Below, in pieces: positions 53,794-63,947 of a stretch of 64,000 nucleotides of DNA. The translations under genes were made by a program, and so were the position numbers. The stretch is from assembly GCA_963662335.2 (NCBI GenBank), contig CAXXVD010000005.1:96001-160000 (forward strand), given 5' to 3'. The stretch is from Chloroflexota bacterium. GTDB lineage: Bacteria; Chloroflexota; UBA11872; VXOZ01. The notes under the pieces were generated by a model. It did not search any database. It saw only the letters and a program-made list of their open reading frames with translations, and had not been told where the DNA came from. The first letter of the stretch is position 1. Each line of letters begins with the position of its first letter.

Positions 53794-54546
53794 ATGGCGG
53801 GACATTCCAAGTGGGCGCAGATCAAGCGCCAGAAAGCGGCCAACGACGCCAAGCGCGGACAACTCTACACCAAGCTGGGCCGGGAAATCACCGTGGCCGC
53901 GCGGGACGGCGGCGGCGATCCGGAGACCAACTTTCGCTTGCGCCTGGCCGTGCAGCGCGCCAAGGACGCCAACATGCCGGCCGACACCATCGAGCGGGCG
54001 GTGAAGCGCGGCAGCGGTGAACTGGAAGACTCCGCCCGCTTGGAAGACATGGTCTACGAGGGCTACGGCCCCGGCGGCGCGGCTCTTTTCATCGAGGCGC
54101 TCACCGACAACCGCAACCGCACCGTGGCGGAACTCCGCAACACCCTCACTAGAGGCGGCGGCAATCTGGGCGAGTCCGGCAGCGTGGCGTGGATGTTCGA
54201 TACGCGCGGGCAAGTGCTCATCGAACTTAACGGCGGCGACGCGGACGAGGCGATGCTGGAGTCGATCGAGTTGGGCGCGGAAGACGTGCAGGAAGAAGAG
54301 GGCACGCTGGTCATCCTCACGCTGCTGGAGCAGCTTGAGGCCATGCGGCGCGGCATGGAAGAGCGCGGCTATGCCGTGGAGAGCGCCGAGCTTACGCGCG
54401 TTCCCAAGACCATGTCTGAGCCTGAAACCGCCAAAGCGGCGCAGGCGATGCGGCTGATCGAGAGCGTCGAAGACCTGGATGACGTGCAGAAGGTCTACAC
54501 GAACCTTGAACTCACCGACGAGGTGATGGCCGCTTACGCAGGGTAG
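53794..54546 (+). CDS. yebC: YebC/PmpR family protein
   Basis: MAGHSKWAQIK, YEGYGPGG, TDNRNRT and DDVQKVYTN. Confidence 0.96.
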   Translation: MAGHSKWAQIKRQKAANDAKRGQLYTKLGREITVAARDGGGDPETNFRLRLAVQRAKDANMPADTIERAVKRGSGELEDSARLEDMVYEGYGPGGAALFIEALTDNRNRTVAELRNTLTRGGGNLGESGSVAWMFDTRGQVLIELNGGDADEAMLESIELGAEDVQEEEGTLVILTLLEQLEAMRRGMEERGYAVESAELTRVPKTMSEPETAKAAQAMRLIESVEDLDDVQKVYTNLELTDEVMAAYAG

Positions 54547-54555
54547 GCTGACCTT

Positions 54556-55047
54556 ATGCGCATCCTCGGCATCGACCCCGGCACCGCCCGCCTCGGCTAC
54601 GGCGTCATCGAAGATACGCCGGACCTCTCACTGGTGTCGTTCGGCTGCCTCACGACCCCCGCCAAACAAAGCCAGCCGACCCGCCTGCAAACACTCTACG
54701 AGCAGCTTGGCGACATCTTTCGCACGGAAGCGCCGGACGAGGTCGCCGTGGAGCGGCTCTTCTTCAACCAGAACATCACCACCGCGTTTGCCGTAGGCGA
54801 AGCGCGGGGCGTGGTGCTCTTGCGCGCGGCGCAGGCCGGCTGCCCGGTGAGCGACTACACGCCGCTGCAGATCAAGCAGGCGCTGGTGGGCTACGGGCGC
54901 GCCGACAAACGCCAGGTGCAGACGATGGTCGCCATGGCGCTGGCGCTCCCGCAAGCGCCCACGCCTGACGACGCCGCCGACGCGCTGGCCGTCGCCATCT
55001 GCCACGCCCACGCGCGCACCGCCCGCCAACTCCTGGCCCAGACATGA
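54556..55047 (+). CDS. ruvC: Holliday junction resolvase
   Basis: ILGIDPG, AVERLFF, YTPLQIK and DDAADALA. Confidence 0.96.
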   Translation: MRILGIDPGTARLGYGVIEDTPDLSLVSFGCLTTPAKQSQPTRLQTLYEQLGDIFRTEAPDEVAVERLFFNQNITTAFAVGEARGVVLLRAAQAGCPVSDYTPLQIKQALVGYGRADKRQVQTMVAMALALPQAPTPDDAADALAVAICHAHARTARQLLAQT

Positions 55048-55619
55048 TTGCCTTCATTCGCGGCGAACTTGCCAGCACCGACGCGGAGTCCGTCACGATT
55101 CGCGTGGGCGGAAGGGATGGCGGCATTGGCCTGCGCGCGCTCGTTCCCACCAACATCATCCAGGAGCTCGGCGCGGTTGGCGATAGCGTTACGCTGGTTA
55201 CGCGGCTACTGGTGCGCGACGACCGGCTGGAACTCTACGGCTTTGATACCGAACGCCAGGCGGCGCTCTTCGACCAGGTGCAGACCGTGGGCGGCGTCGG
55301 CTCGCGTCTGGCCCTCGCCATACTTTCGACCTTTACGCCGGACCAGTTTGCCGCGGCCCTCGAGAACGAAGACGTTGCGCAACTCACCCGCGTGAGCGGG
55401 CTGGGCAAACGGACGGCGAGCCGCATTCTGCTGGAACTCCGCGGCAAGTTGGCGCCGCCGCCCGATGCGGCCGCGGCCAGTGACGATGCGGCAGACGCGC
55501 TGGCGGCGCTGGGCTACTCCGCCGCCGAAGTCGCCCGCGCGCTGGCCCGCCCGGAGGTACAAGCCGCCGCGTCGGTGGAAGAGCGCGTGGCCGCCGCGCT
55601 GCGGCAGCTTGGCAGCTAA
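55044..55619 (+). CDS. ruvA: Holliday junction DNA-binding protein
   Basis: MIAFIRG, LYGF, HhH motifs VGGVG and VSGLGKRTA, ALAALGY. Confidence 0.95.
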   Translation: MIAFIRGELASTDAESVTIRVGGRDGGIGLRALVPTNIIQELGAVGDSVTLVTRLLVRDDRLELYGFDTERQAALFDQVQTVGGVGSRLALAILSTFTPDQFAAALENEDVAQLTRVSGLGKRTASRILLELRGKLAPPPDAAAASDDAADALAALGYSAAEVARALARPEVQAAASVEERVAAALRQLGS

Positions 55620-55655
55620 GCAGATGTGTACATAGGTGAAATCTTGCAGTATCAG

Positions 55656-55712
55656 CCGTTCGCCCTGAGCCTGTCTAAGGGCAGTTCATGGTTTGAGAAA
55701 CTCGCCGCGAGT
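55656..55712. repeat. Degenerate two-armed family B element between ruvA and ruvB
   Basis: CCGTTCGCCCTGAGCCTGTCTAAGGG...TTCATGGTTTGAGAAACTCG; left arm matches B at 11952. Confidence 0.65.
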
Positions 55713-55753
55713 GCCTTGCACGGATTTCAGACGTTCTTGGAAAGACAGACCGC

Positions 55754-56788
55754 ATGAGCGAGACCCGCATCGTGGCCCCGGAAGAAGGGCCGGAAGACGG
55801 CCAAGCCGCGCTCTCGCTGCGGCCCCGCTCCCTGGAGGAGTGCATCGGCCAGGACAAGGTGCGGGAGCACCTGCGCATCGCCATCACGGCGGCGCAACAG
55901 CGAGACGAGCCGCTGGACCACACCCTCTTCCACGGCCCGCCCGGACTGGGCAAGACCACCTTTGCCAACGTGCTCGCCACGGAGATGGGAGTCAACATCA
56001 AGGTCACGGCCGGCCCGGCCATCGAGCGCCCCGGCGACCTGGCCGCCATCCTCTCCAACATCCGCGCCCACGACATCCTCTTCATCGACGAGGTGCACCG
56101 CCTCCACCGCGCCGTAGAGGAAATTCTCTACCCGGCCATGGAAGACTTCGCCCTGGACATCGTCATGGGCAAGGGTCTGGCGGCGCGCAGCATTCGCCTC
56201 TCGCTGCCGCAATTTTCGCTGATTGGCGCCACCACGCGCCTCGCCCTCGTTAGTTCGCCCCTGCGGGACCGCTTTGGCGCGCACTTCCACATGGAGTACT
56301 ATGACCTGGAAGCGATGCGAAAGATCGTCGAACGCTCCGCGCGGATATTGGGCGTGCACGTCGACGAAGCGGGCATCCGGGAAATCGCGCAACGCTCGCG
56401 CGGCACGCCGCGCATCACCAATCGCCTGCTGCGCCGCATCCGCGATTGGGCCCAGGTGAAAGGCGACGGGCGCATCACCGCCGCCCTGGCCGGCGACTGC
56501 CTGGAAAGCCTGGAGATCGACGGCCTGGGACTGGACGCGGTGGACCGCACGATCCTCCGCACCATCGCCGAAAAGTTCGATGGCGGCCCAGTGGGCATCG
56601 ACACGCTGGCGGCAGCCATCGGCGACGAGGCGCAAACCATCGAAGACGTCTACGAGCCGTACATGATGCAACTCGGCTTCCTGGCCAAGACCCCGCGCGG
56701 GCGGGTTGTGCTCAACGCGGCGTACCAGCACCTGGGAATTGCCGGCCCGGAGGCGGCGGACGACGACCAGCCGCGCCTCTTCGAGTGA
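55754..56788 (+). CDS. ruvB: Holliday junction branch migration ATPase
   Basis: [29 protein letters not shown] and TPRGR. Confidence 0.97.
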   Translation: MSETRIVAPEEGPEDGQAALSLRPRSLEECIGQDKVREHLRIAITAAQQRDEPLDHTLFHGPPGLGKTTFANVLATEMGVNIKVTAGPAIERPGDLAAILSNIRAHDILFIDEVHRLHRAVEEILYPAMEDFALDIVMGKGLAARSIRLSLPQFSLIGATTRLALVSSPLRDRFGAHFHMEYYDLEAMRKIVERSARILGVHVDEAGIREIAQRSRGTPRITNRLLRRIRDWAQVKGDGRITAALAGDCLESLEIDGLGLDAVDRTILRTIAEKFDGGPVGIDTLAAAIGDEAQTIEDVYEPYMMQLGFLAKTPRGRVVLNAAYQHLGIAGPEAADDDQPRLFE

Positions 56789-56817
56789 GCCTGAGCAGAC
56801 GCCGCAGGACAGAGTCA

Positions 56818-57450
56818 ATGAACCGCACGCCTGCTCTGCCCCAACGCACGGTGCGCGACTCGATGCGCTGGATCGGCTGGGACGTCCCGCTCCGGCTCGT
56901 TCCCTTTGCGGCCGTTGCCCTCGTGTGGGCCTACGCGCTGGCAGACGGCGCGGAGACGCTCAAACTCACGTGGCGCGTTACGGGTGTAGACCTTGCCCTT
57001 ATGCTCGGCGCGGGCATCCCCGTATTCGCCGCGTGCACGCTCTTTCGCGCGCGCTACTGGCCAATCCGCGACCTGGCCTCTCCCCGCGCGCACCTGGTGG
57101 AGGACGGCTACTTTCTGCTGTTCAACGCCCCGGCGGAGGAGGTTTTCTTTCGCGGCATGCTGCAATCGTGGGCCATGAGCCTCGGCTTCGTGCCGCCGGC
57201 GGTGGGGTTTGCGGTGGTCGCGCTCTTCTTTGGCTTCTACCACCGCTTGGCCGGGTTTCCGATGCCGTTTCTGCTCCTGGCAACCGGCGGCGGCATCCTG
57301 TTCGGCCTCCTCTTCTTGGTGTCGACCACCATCCTCACGCCGATCATCGTCCACTTCATCGCCGACCTCGCGCTCTTCAATCTTGGCCCCGCCTTGCTCG
57401 TGAGGCTCCGCAAACCCTCGCCCCACGCAGTGCGTGCCCCTTCCGTTTGA
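56818..57450 (+). CDS. CPBP (Abi/CAAX) family intramembrane glutamic protease
   Basis: AEEVFFRG, FGFYH and VHFIAD in a multi-TM protein. Confidence 0.85.
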   Translation: MNRTPALPQRTVRDSMRWIGWDVPLRLVPFAAVALVWAYALADGAETLKLTWRVTGVDLALMLGAGIPVFAACTLFRARYWPIRDLASPRAHLVEDGYFLLFNAPAEEVFFRGMLQSWAMSLGFVPPAVGFAVVALFFGFYHRLAGFPMPFLLLATGGGILFGLLFLVSTTILTPIIVHFIADLALFNLGPALLVRLRKPSPHAVRAPSV

Positions 57451-57513
57451 CAGTCTCTCGCGCCGCTCCGTAGACTAAGGGAAAGTCAAGTTGCGTCACG
57501 GAGTACAGCCTTC

Positions 57514-57765
57514 ATGCCCATAAGCGAACAGCTACTCGAAATCCTGCGCTGCCCGGCCACCAAAGCGGCGCTGCGGCCGCTAACTGACGAGGAAATCACG
57601 GCGCTCAATGCCCGCATCGAGAACGAAGCGGTGACGTATCAAGACGGCAGCGCGGTCGATTCGCCCTTGGCGGAGGGATTGATTACGGAAGACGGCGCTA
57701 CGGTCTACCGCATTGACGAGAACATTCCCGTGATGCTGATCGAGATGGGCATCCCTACGGCCTAA
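57514..57765 (+). CDS. Trm112 family protein
   Basis: LLEILRCP and YRIDENIPVML. Confidence 0.85.
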   Translation: MPISEQLLEILRCPATKAALRPLTDEEITALNARIENEAVTYQDGSAVDSPLAEGLITEDGATVYRIDENIPVMLIEMGIPTA

Positions 57766-57891
57766 CCACCCCAGACCATAATTCCGTGTTCGCCCCTGGC
57801 CGGGAGATTGCGCCGCACCCAGGTTTGTGCGGCGGGAGTGGAAAGACGGCTTCTTGCCCCTTAATTCGGTAGACTCTAGCCTTGTCTATGG

Positions 57892-58989
57892 CTATTGCAG
57901 CTTCCCGCGTCCCAGAATCGGCCACACCACTTCCACGCGCCCGTCGCGGACCCCGTAGAAGTTGTCGTGCAGGAAGACCGTCGTATCGCCGTAGCCGACG
58001 ATGAACTGGATCTTGTCGCCGACGCGGGGCGTATCGGAACCCTCTGTGAGTAGAATCGTCCCGTGCTCGGCCGAACAGCCAAAGGATGCCACGTGCGGCA
58101 AGTCGCGGGGTTGGGGAGTGCTCGCGTCGGTGCTCATGGTCTTCTTGCCGGCGTCGCAGATGATGCGCGTGGGCGCGGGCCGGCTCGTGACCGTGGAGAG
58201 GATCGTCAGCGCGTAGTCGTGCTTGACCCCGAATTTTTCCCGGTAGGTGATGTCGCAGAAGATGCCGCCGCCGCCTTGAATCTCGGTGACGCCCGGCTGG
58301 AACGCCGTGTGCCAGTACGTGCCGCTGCCGCCGCAACTGACGATCTCCACCGGCAGGCCCGCCTCGCGGCAGCGTTCCGCGCTCTCCGTGAGTTGCCCAA
58401 TTGCTTTCCTGACCAGGCGCCCTTTTTCCGCGTCGTCTTGCGCGCGGAGCACGAGCGCTTCCCACGCCATCACGCCGGCGAACTCAAGGCTGGGAAAGGA
58501 AGCGACCAGCTTGGCCAGCGCCACCACCGGCTCGCCTGGCAGCACACCGGCCCGGTCGATGCCGACGTTGATTTCGACCACCAGGCGCTGGCGCACGCCC
58601 TTGCGTTCCGCCGCTGCCGCAATCTCGCGCACGTTGTCCGCGTTGTCCACGGCGGGAATCACGTCGGCGTGCTTGCGCAGGTTCACGAGCCGCTCGACCT
58701 TTTGCGGACCCACGATCTGGTTGGCAATCAGAATGCTGCGGATACCGCCCGCAACCATCACCTCGGCCTCGCCCAGCTTGGCGCACGTCACCCCAATCGC
58801 GCCGGCATCCTGAAGCAGATGGGCAATCGCGGGCGACTTGATGCCCTTGCTGTGCGGACGCCAGTTGATGCCGGCTTCCTGGATAATCACGCGCGCCATG
58901 TGCGCGACGTTGCGCTCCATGATGTCGAGATCCACCACCAGCGCCGGGGTGTCGATGTCCTCGAGGGGGCGGCCAATGATGTTCATCAT
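57892..58989 (-). CDS. DSD1/D-threonine aldolase family PLP enzyme
   Basis: DTPALVVD, RPHSK, CAKLGEAE, GGSGT, DAGKK and AEHG. Confidence 0.9.
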   Translation of the reverse strand: MMNIIGRPLEDIDTPALVVDLDIMERNVAHMARVIIQEAGINWRPHSKGIKSPAIAHLLQDAGAIGVTCAKLGEAEVMVAGGIRSILIANQIVGPQKVERLVNLRKHADVIPAVDNADNVREIAAAAERKGVRQRLVVEINVGIDRAGVLPGEPVVALAKLVASFPSLEFAGVMAWEALVLRAQDDAEKGRLVRKAIGQLTESAERCREAGLPVEIVSCGGSGTYWHTAFQPGVTEIQGGGGIFCDITYREKFGVKHDYALTILSTVTSRPAPTRIICDAGKKTMSTDASTPQPRDLPHVASFGCSAEHGTILLTEGSDTPRVGDKIQFIVGYGDTTVFLHDNFYGVRDGRVEVVWPILGRGKLQ

Positions 58990-59981
58990 GCGATCGTCTC
59001 CCATTTCTCGCTGCGGCTGGCCGTGAACGACGACTCGATGATGCGCGTGGTCTTGGCGCCGTCCTCGCCGGTGTAGAGCGGCGGTTCCCCCGCCAGCACA
59101 CGCGCGCTGAAGTCCGCCACCAGCGGCAGATGCCGGTTGTCGGCGTGGGGCAAATCAAACTCCTCGGCTCCGGCGGCGGTCTGTAAGCGTAGGTGCGGCC
59201 CGTCGGTCGGCGCACTGAACAACGCGCCCTCCGTACCGTAGATTTCAAACGTATCGTGGCCAACGCCGATGCTCCAGTGGAAGGAAGCGGTCACCTGCAC
59301 GCCGCTGGCCATCTTGATGAGCAGCACGTCGGAGTCATCCGCCGCGTACGAATGCACCAGCGTCTCGTTGCGGGCGGCCACGGCCGCGGGTTCGCCAAAC
59401 CAGTGGCAGAGCAGGTCCAGGCGGTGCGAACCGACGTCGGCAATTGGGCCGCCCGCGCTCTTGGCCGGATCAACGCGCCAGAACTTGGGGTCGTCCGGCG
59501 TAGGGTCGTAGTTGCCGGTCAAGACCATGCGCACCAGCACCGGCGCGCCGATGGCCCCCCGGTCGAGCAATTCCTTGATCTTGATGTTCTTGGGGTAGTA
59601 GCGGCGGTAGTAGGCGACCGCCAAATTGACGCCGGCCTTCTCGCACGCCGCGACCATCGCATCACACTCCGCGCCCGTGAGCGCCATGGGCTTCTCGCAG
59701 AGCACGTGCTTGCCGGCCGCGGCGGCGGCCTCAGTCTGCGGCAGATGTTCGTAGACGCGGCTGGCCGCGTACACAACGTCGATGTCGGGGTCCGCAAGGA
59801 AGGCCGCAAAGTCGCTGTACGCCCGCCGCGCGCCGTGCCGCCCGGCAAAGTCCTCAGCGCGCGACTGGCTGCTGCTCGCAAACGCGACCAGCGCGCTATT
59901 GGAATCTTCGTTGACGGCCGGCGCGACCGCCTTGTTCGCGATGTCGCCGCAGCCGACGATACCCCAGCCAACCGGTGCCAT
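58986..59981 (-). CDS. Gfo/Idh/MocA family oxidoreductase
   Basis: GCGDIA, CEKPMA, YYRRY and DVGSHRLD. Confidence 0.9.
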   Translation of the reverse strand: MAPVGWGIVGCGDIANKAVAPAVNEDSNSALVAFASSSQSRAEDFAGRHGARRAYSDFAAFLADPDIDVVYAASRVYEHLPQTEAAAAAGKHVLCEKPMALTGAECDAMVAACEKAGVNLAVAYYRRYYPKNIKIKELLDRGAIGAPVLVRMVLTGNYDPTPDDPKFWRVDPAKSAGGPIADVGSHRLDLLCHWFGEPAAVAARNETLVHSYAADDSDVLLIKMASGVQVTASFHWSIGVGHDTFEIYGTEGALFSAPTDGPHLRLQTAAGAEEFDLPHADNRHLPLVADFSARVLAGEPPLYTGEDGAKTTRIIESSFTASRSEKWETIA

Positions 59982-59984
59982 GCG

Positions 59985-60398
59985 CTATTCCTCCACGCGC
60001 TCTAACTCCGCGCTTGCCGCCGCTCCCGGCCCGCCGTGCGGGGCCGCAACCCAGCGGCCAACTCCATTTCGTATGGCGTGCATGAGTTCCTCGATCAGTT
60101 CTTCCTCTTCACCCGAGCGAATCGCCTCCGCCACACAGCCCTCGACGTGGCCGCGCAACACGATGAGCGAAACTTCCTGCAGTCCGGCCGTAATTGCCGC
60201 CGTCTGCTGGAGCACGTCCACGCAGTAGCGGTCTTCGGCCACCATGCGCTGGATGCCGCGCACCTGGCCCTCGATCCGCCGCAGCCGGTTGAGAAGCGCC
60301 TGCCGTTCGGCCTGATAGCGGTGGTGGCCCGGCGCGTCCGGCGACGTCGTGTCCGCAGCGCTTCCCTGCGCCAACGCAGAATCTTCTGCAATCTCCAT
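59985..60398 (-). CDS. csoR: CsoR/RcnR family metal-sensing repressor
   Basis: RLRRIEGQVRGIQRM, RYCVDVLQQ and HVEGCV (Cys-His-Cys). GGAGAGG RBS before the ATG at 60398. Confidence 0.85.
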   Translation of the reverse strand: MEIAEDSALAQGSAADTTSPDAPGHHRYQAERQALLNRLRRIEGQVRGIQRMVAEDRYCVDVLQQTAAITAGLQEVSLIVLRGHVEGCVAEAIRSGEEEELIEELMHAIRNGVGRWVAAPHGGPGAAASAELERVEE

Positions 60399-60648
60399 TG
60401 CGCCTCTCCACCACCAATGTGGCCGCCATGCCGCAGCGTCGTTGCTCATTGTACACCAATGCCGCGTAGCAGGCTTGCGGGTTTTGCCGCCGCCCATTGT
60501 TCCACTTTGAATTGCCAAGAGCGACCTGACTGCTTCTGCGGGAACGCATGTCTCAGGAACCGCTATAATGTGCCGAGAGTGAGTTGCCGGAACGCCAAGC
60601 GCGCGCCGGGACTCCCCGTCAAGAAATCAGCGTCACGCGGCACGAACT

Positions 60649-61032
60649 ATGCCTCGCTTCGCCGTCGGACATCGTTTTCCGGAGCAGACCGTACACCTTG
60701 CGCCCGCGCGGGTGCGGCAATATCTCGCGGCAGTTGCGGAGGAAAACCCGCTCTACCGCGCGGGCAATGCCGCGCCGCCGCTTGCCGTGGCCGCCTGGGC
60801 GCTTGCCGGCCTGATCGACGCCATTGGGTTGCCGCCCGGTTCCGTGCACGCCAGCCAGGAGTTCACGTTCATGGCTGCCGCGCCAGTTGGCAGCTCGCTT
60901 AACGCCGCGGCAGAGGTGGTGCAAGCCGGCACGCGGGGCGGCATGGACGTCATTGTGGTCGAGATTCGGGTCGCGCACGCGGAGCAGCCAGTGCTATCGG
61001 GACGCTCGATGCTAATGATGCCGGCCTCCTAA
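60649..61032 (+). CDS. MaoC-like hot-dog dehydratase, non-catalytic-type subunit
   Basis: YLAAVAEENPLY, APP and SVHASQEFTF; adjacent to a MaoC gene. Confidence 0.75.
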   Translation: MPRFAVGHRFPEQTVHLAPARVRQYLAAVAEENPLYRAGNAAPPLAVAAWALAGLIDAIGLPPGSVHASQEFTFMAAAPVGSSLNAAAEVVQAGTRGGMDVIVVEIRVAHAEQPVLSGRSMLMMPAS

Positions 61033-61058
61033 CCTAAGAGTACAAACGAGGAATCGGA

Positions 61059-61472
61059 ATGAGCGCAAGCGCGCGCTGGCGCCAAGGCGCGGAACTACCC
61101 GCCAAATCCCACACCATCACGCTGGAGACGCTGCGAAGCTATGCGGCGGCCAGCGGCGACCACAATCCCATTCACACCGATCCGGCGTTCGCCGCCACCA
61201 CGCCGTTCGAGCGGCCCATCGCCCACGGCATGTTGCTCCTCGCCTACGTCATGGAGATGCTGACAGCCGCGTTCGGCGCCGACTGGATTGCGTCGGGAAA
61301 ACTCAAGGCACGGTTCCGCAGTCCCGCTTACGTGGATAGCGACGTTAAGGTGTGGGGCACGGTGAAGCGCGTGGACGGTGAATCCGGCAGGATTCAGCTT
61401 GCGGTTGGCTGCCGGAATGAGGAAGGCGCCGAACTTGTCACAGGCAGCGCCGAGGTTACGCTCCAAGACTGA
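61059..61472 (+). CDS. MaoC family (R)-specific dehydratase
   Basis: YAAASGDHNPIHTD...IAHGML hydratase-2 motif. Confidence 0.9.
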   Translation: MSASARWRQGAELPAKSHTITLETLRSYAAASGDHNPIHTDPAFAATTPFERPIAHGMLLLAYVMEMLTAAFGADWIASGKLKARFRSPAYVDSDVKVWGTVKRVDGESGRIQLAVGCRNEEGAELVTGSAEVTLQD

Positions 61473-61526
61473 GCAACGCAGCCCGCGCCGCTAAGCGCCT
61501 TGCCTGAGACGGTGTGTACGTTTCGC

Positions 61527-61634
61527 GCCAAGAGGCGGGGGACAAGCCCCCGCGCTACGGCTTGCGGCGAGTAAGGGGGACAAGCCCCGCGCTACGTCAA
61601 TGCGACACCATTGAGGGCAAACCCCGCGCTGCGG
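61527..61634 (-). repeat. Three decaying copies of family A REP between convergent maoC and rfbB
   Basis: 61527-61560 is the reverse complement of A; partial copies at 61575-61596 and 61615-61634. Confidence 0.8.
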
Positions 61635-61699
61635 CAGTGGAGCGGGTCGAACGCACACGGAGCAAGCCAACGCCAATCGAGCCTCGGCGCTTGGGCGGT

Positions 61700-62728
61700 C
61701 TATTCAACCGCCACGGGACGCGAACGCGCCAGCCGCTCGGCGTAATTGCGCCGGTAGTAGTCCCGATAGCCGCCGGACTTGATTGCGCGCCACCAGTCCT
61801 CATTTGCCACGTACCACGCTACCGTTGCCGCCAGCGCCTCGGGAAACGCAAACCGGGGCTGCCAGCCAAGCGCCTCCAGGCGGGAAGAATCGAGGCTGTA
61901 GCGGTAGTCGTGGCCGGGCCGGTCCTCGATCAAGCGCAGCAATGAGCGGGGCTTGCCAAGTATGTCCAAGATGCTCCCCGCAAGCATCAACGCATTCACC
62001 TCAAACTCCACGCCAACGTTATACACCATGCCCGGCTCGCCAGCGCGCAGGACGAGGTCGATGCCGGCGCAGTGATCGGCGACGTGCATGTAGTTCCGCA
62101 CCGCCCGGCCTTCACCGTAGATCGGCAACGGCTCGTCGTCGATGGCGTTGGTCACGAAGACCGGCAGCGCCTTTTCCGGGTACTGGCGGGGGCCGATGGT
62201 GTTTGCGCCGCGGGTGACCATCACCGGCAGGCCAAAGCTGGTGAAGTAGGAGAGCGCCAGCAATTCGCCGCCGGCCTTGCTGGCCGCATAGGGATTGCGC
62301 GGCGCGAGACGCGCGTCCTCAGTGGCGGCGCCAACCGGCACGTGGCCGTACACTTCGTCCGTGCTCACGTGCACGAGCCGCCGCACGCCGTGGGCGCGGG
62401 CCGCCTCCATGAGCACGCGCACGCCCTCCACGTTGGTGCGCACGAACGCCGCCGGGTCCATCACCGCGCGGTCAACGTGCGTTTCGGCGGCAAAGTTCAC
62501 CAGCGCGTCGCAGCCCGCCAGCGCTTCCTCAACCGCTTCCGCGTCGCAAATGTCGGCATGCACGAACCGGAAGCGCGGGTCGCTTTCGAATTCCTCAAGA
62601 TTCGCCAGGTTGCCGGCGTACGTCAGCGTATCCAGCGCCACCACGTGCGCGTCCGCATAGCGCTCCAGCACGTAGCCCACGAAGTTGCTGCCGATGAAGC
62701 CGGCCGCGCCCGCCACCAATACTCTCAT
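61700..62728 (-). CDS. rfbB: dTDP-glucose 4,6-dehydratase
   Basis: GAAGFIGSN, LTYAGN, AAETHVDR, STDEVYG, YAASK and DRPGHD. Confidence 0.95.
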   Translation of the reverse strand: MRVLVAGAAGFIGSNFVGYVLERYADAHVVALDTLTYAGNLANLEEFESDPRFRFVHADICDAEAVEEALAGCDALVNFAAETHVDRAVMDPAAFVRTNVEGVRVLMEAARAHGVRRLVHVSTDEVYGHVPVGAATEDARLAPRNPYAASKAGGELLALSYFTSFGLPVMVTRGANTIGPRQYPEKALPVFVTNAIDDEPLPIYGEGRAVRNYMHVADHCAGIDLVLRAGEPGMVYNVGVEFEVNALMLAGSILDILGKPRSLLRLIEDRPGHDYRYSLDSSRLEALGWQPRFAFPEALAATVAWYVANEDWWRAIKSGGYRDYYRRNYAERLARSRPVAVE

Positions 62729-62785
62729 TTCGGTTTGCTTTCTCTTTCGCGTCTGGGAGCACGGCAACCGCCGCCGCCGCGCGCG

Positions 62786-63163
62786 CTACTCTCTTTCTTC
62801 ATCTTCCCGCACGATCTTGTTGACGGCAAAACTCACGACGCTAATGATGAGAGCGACGAGCATGGCCGACAGCAGCGTCGGCCGCCCGGACTCGGCCAGT
62901 TCAACCCCCGGCAGCAGCGCCGTGCCCAGCCAGAAGAGCAGGCCGTTCAAGACCAGTATCCAGAGGCCCAGCGTGAGTATGGTAACCGGAAACGAGATGA
63001 ACTTCAGCGCCGGGCCAATAACGCCATTGATGAGGGCCACGCCGACGGCAAACAAGATAAGCGTTAGCCAATCGCCGCTGTCCGCGAACTCAACCAGCGC
63101 CAGGCGGCCGGCAATCAGCACCGCCAGCAGCACCGCCAGGCTGCGCAAGAATAGAATACGCAT
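62786..63163 (-). CDS. 4-TM membrane protein (DUF360/'phage holin 4.2' family, chromosomal)
   Basis: INGVIGPALKFISFPVTILTLGL signature. GGAGG RBS. Confidence 0.85.
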   Translation of the reverse strand: MRILFLRSLAVLLAVLIAGRLALVEFADSGDWLTLILFAVGVALINGVIGPALKFISFPVTILTLGLWILVLNGLLFWLGTALLPGVELAESGRPTLLSAMLVALIISVVSFAVNKIVREDEERE

Positions 63164-63386
63164 GAATGACTGCCTCCGGCAATGCGCCGCCGTTGCCTCT
63201 ATCTTTCTCCAATTATACGGCGGCGGCGGGCAGGGCACGAGTCCCGCGCACGCAAGACCCAGCATGCAAGGCCCGCACGCCCGTCATACTATAGCGCTCT
63301 CTACTGTCAGCACCGTCAAGAGTCTGCTATACTGGCCGTAGAGAGGAAAGACGAGGGGCCGCGCGCCGGGAGCGCAGGTGAACGAA

Positions 63387-63890
63387 ATGATTAGAGGAAT
63401 CGACCGGTTCTTGGCCGCGATTCTGGCGGCCGTTTTCTTGATCGTCATTGCCGCCGTCGTGCTCGTGTGGCGCTCGCCGTCCGGCATCGCCCTGGAGTAC
63501 AGCGCCGGCGCCGAACCCAAAGACGTGGTGCACAACTACATCGTTTCGGTCACGAAAGGCGACGTGGAACGCGCCAAGTCGTACCTATCGCCGGACGTGC
63601 TGGCGGACATAGAAGAGCGGAACGACGAAGGGTATTTCTACTCGCCGTTGGCAGCGCGCTCCCGCTCCGCAAGAGACGGCATGCGCGTGGTAATCGAAGA
63701 AGAGGGCGTGGAGGACGGGTTGGCTACCGTCAACGTGCACATCACGTGGATTAACGCAGGCCCATCGGCATTCGGGCTGTTCAGCATATTCGAAGCCAAT
63801 CAGTATACCCATGAGCACCAGGTACGCCTGCGGCAATTCGACGGCGCGTGGCGTATCGTCCGACCCTTCGACCACTACCTGCTTGGCTAA
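63387..63890 (+). CDS. Hypothetical membrane-anchored protein (NTF2-like fold possible)
   Basis: N-terminal TM, PKDVVHNY...GDVERAKSYLS and GAWRI. TGC-TATACT promoter at 63325-63333. Confidence 0.65.
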   Translation: MIRGIDRFLAAILAAVFLIVIAAVVLVWRSPSGIALEYSAGAEPKDVVHNYIVSVTKGDVERAKSYLSPDVLADIEERNDEGYFYSPLAARSRSARDGMRVVIEEEGVEDGLATVNVHITWINAGPSAFGLFSIFEANQYTHEHQVRLRQFDGAWRIVRPFDHYLLG

Positions 63891-63947
63891 CAGGTGGCCG
63901 CGGCGGCGGTGACATTCAGAAGCTCTATCTGAAGCGAGGTCCAGCCG

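Noticed and set aside
62786-63163. Holin as evidence of a prophage
   Set aside because: This 4-TM family is commonly chromosomal, and there is no endolysin or other phage gene nearby.
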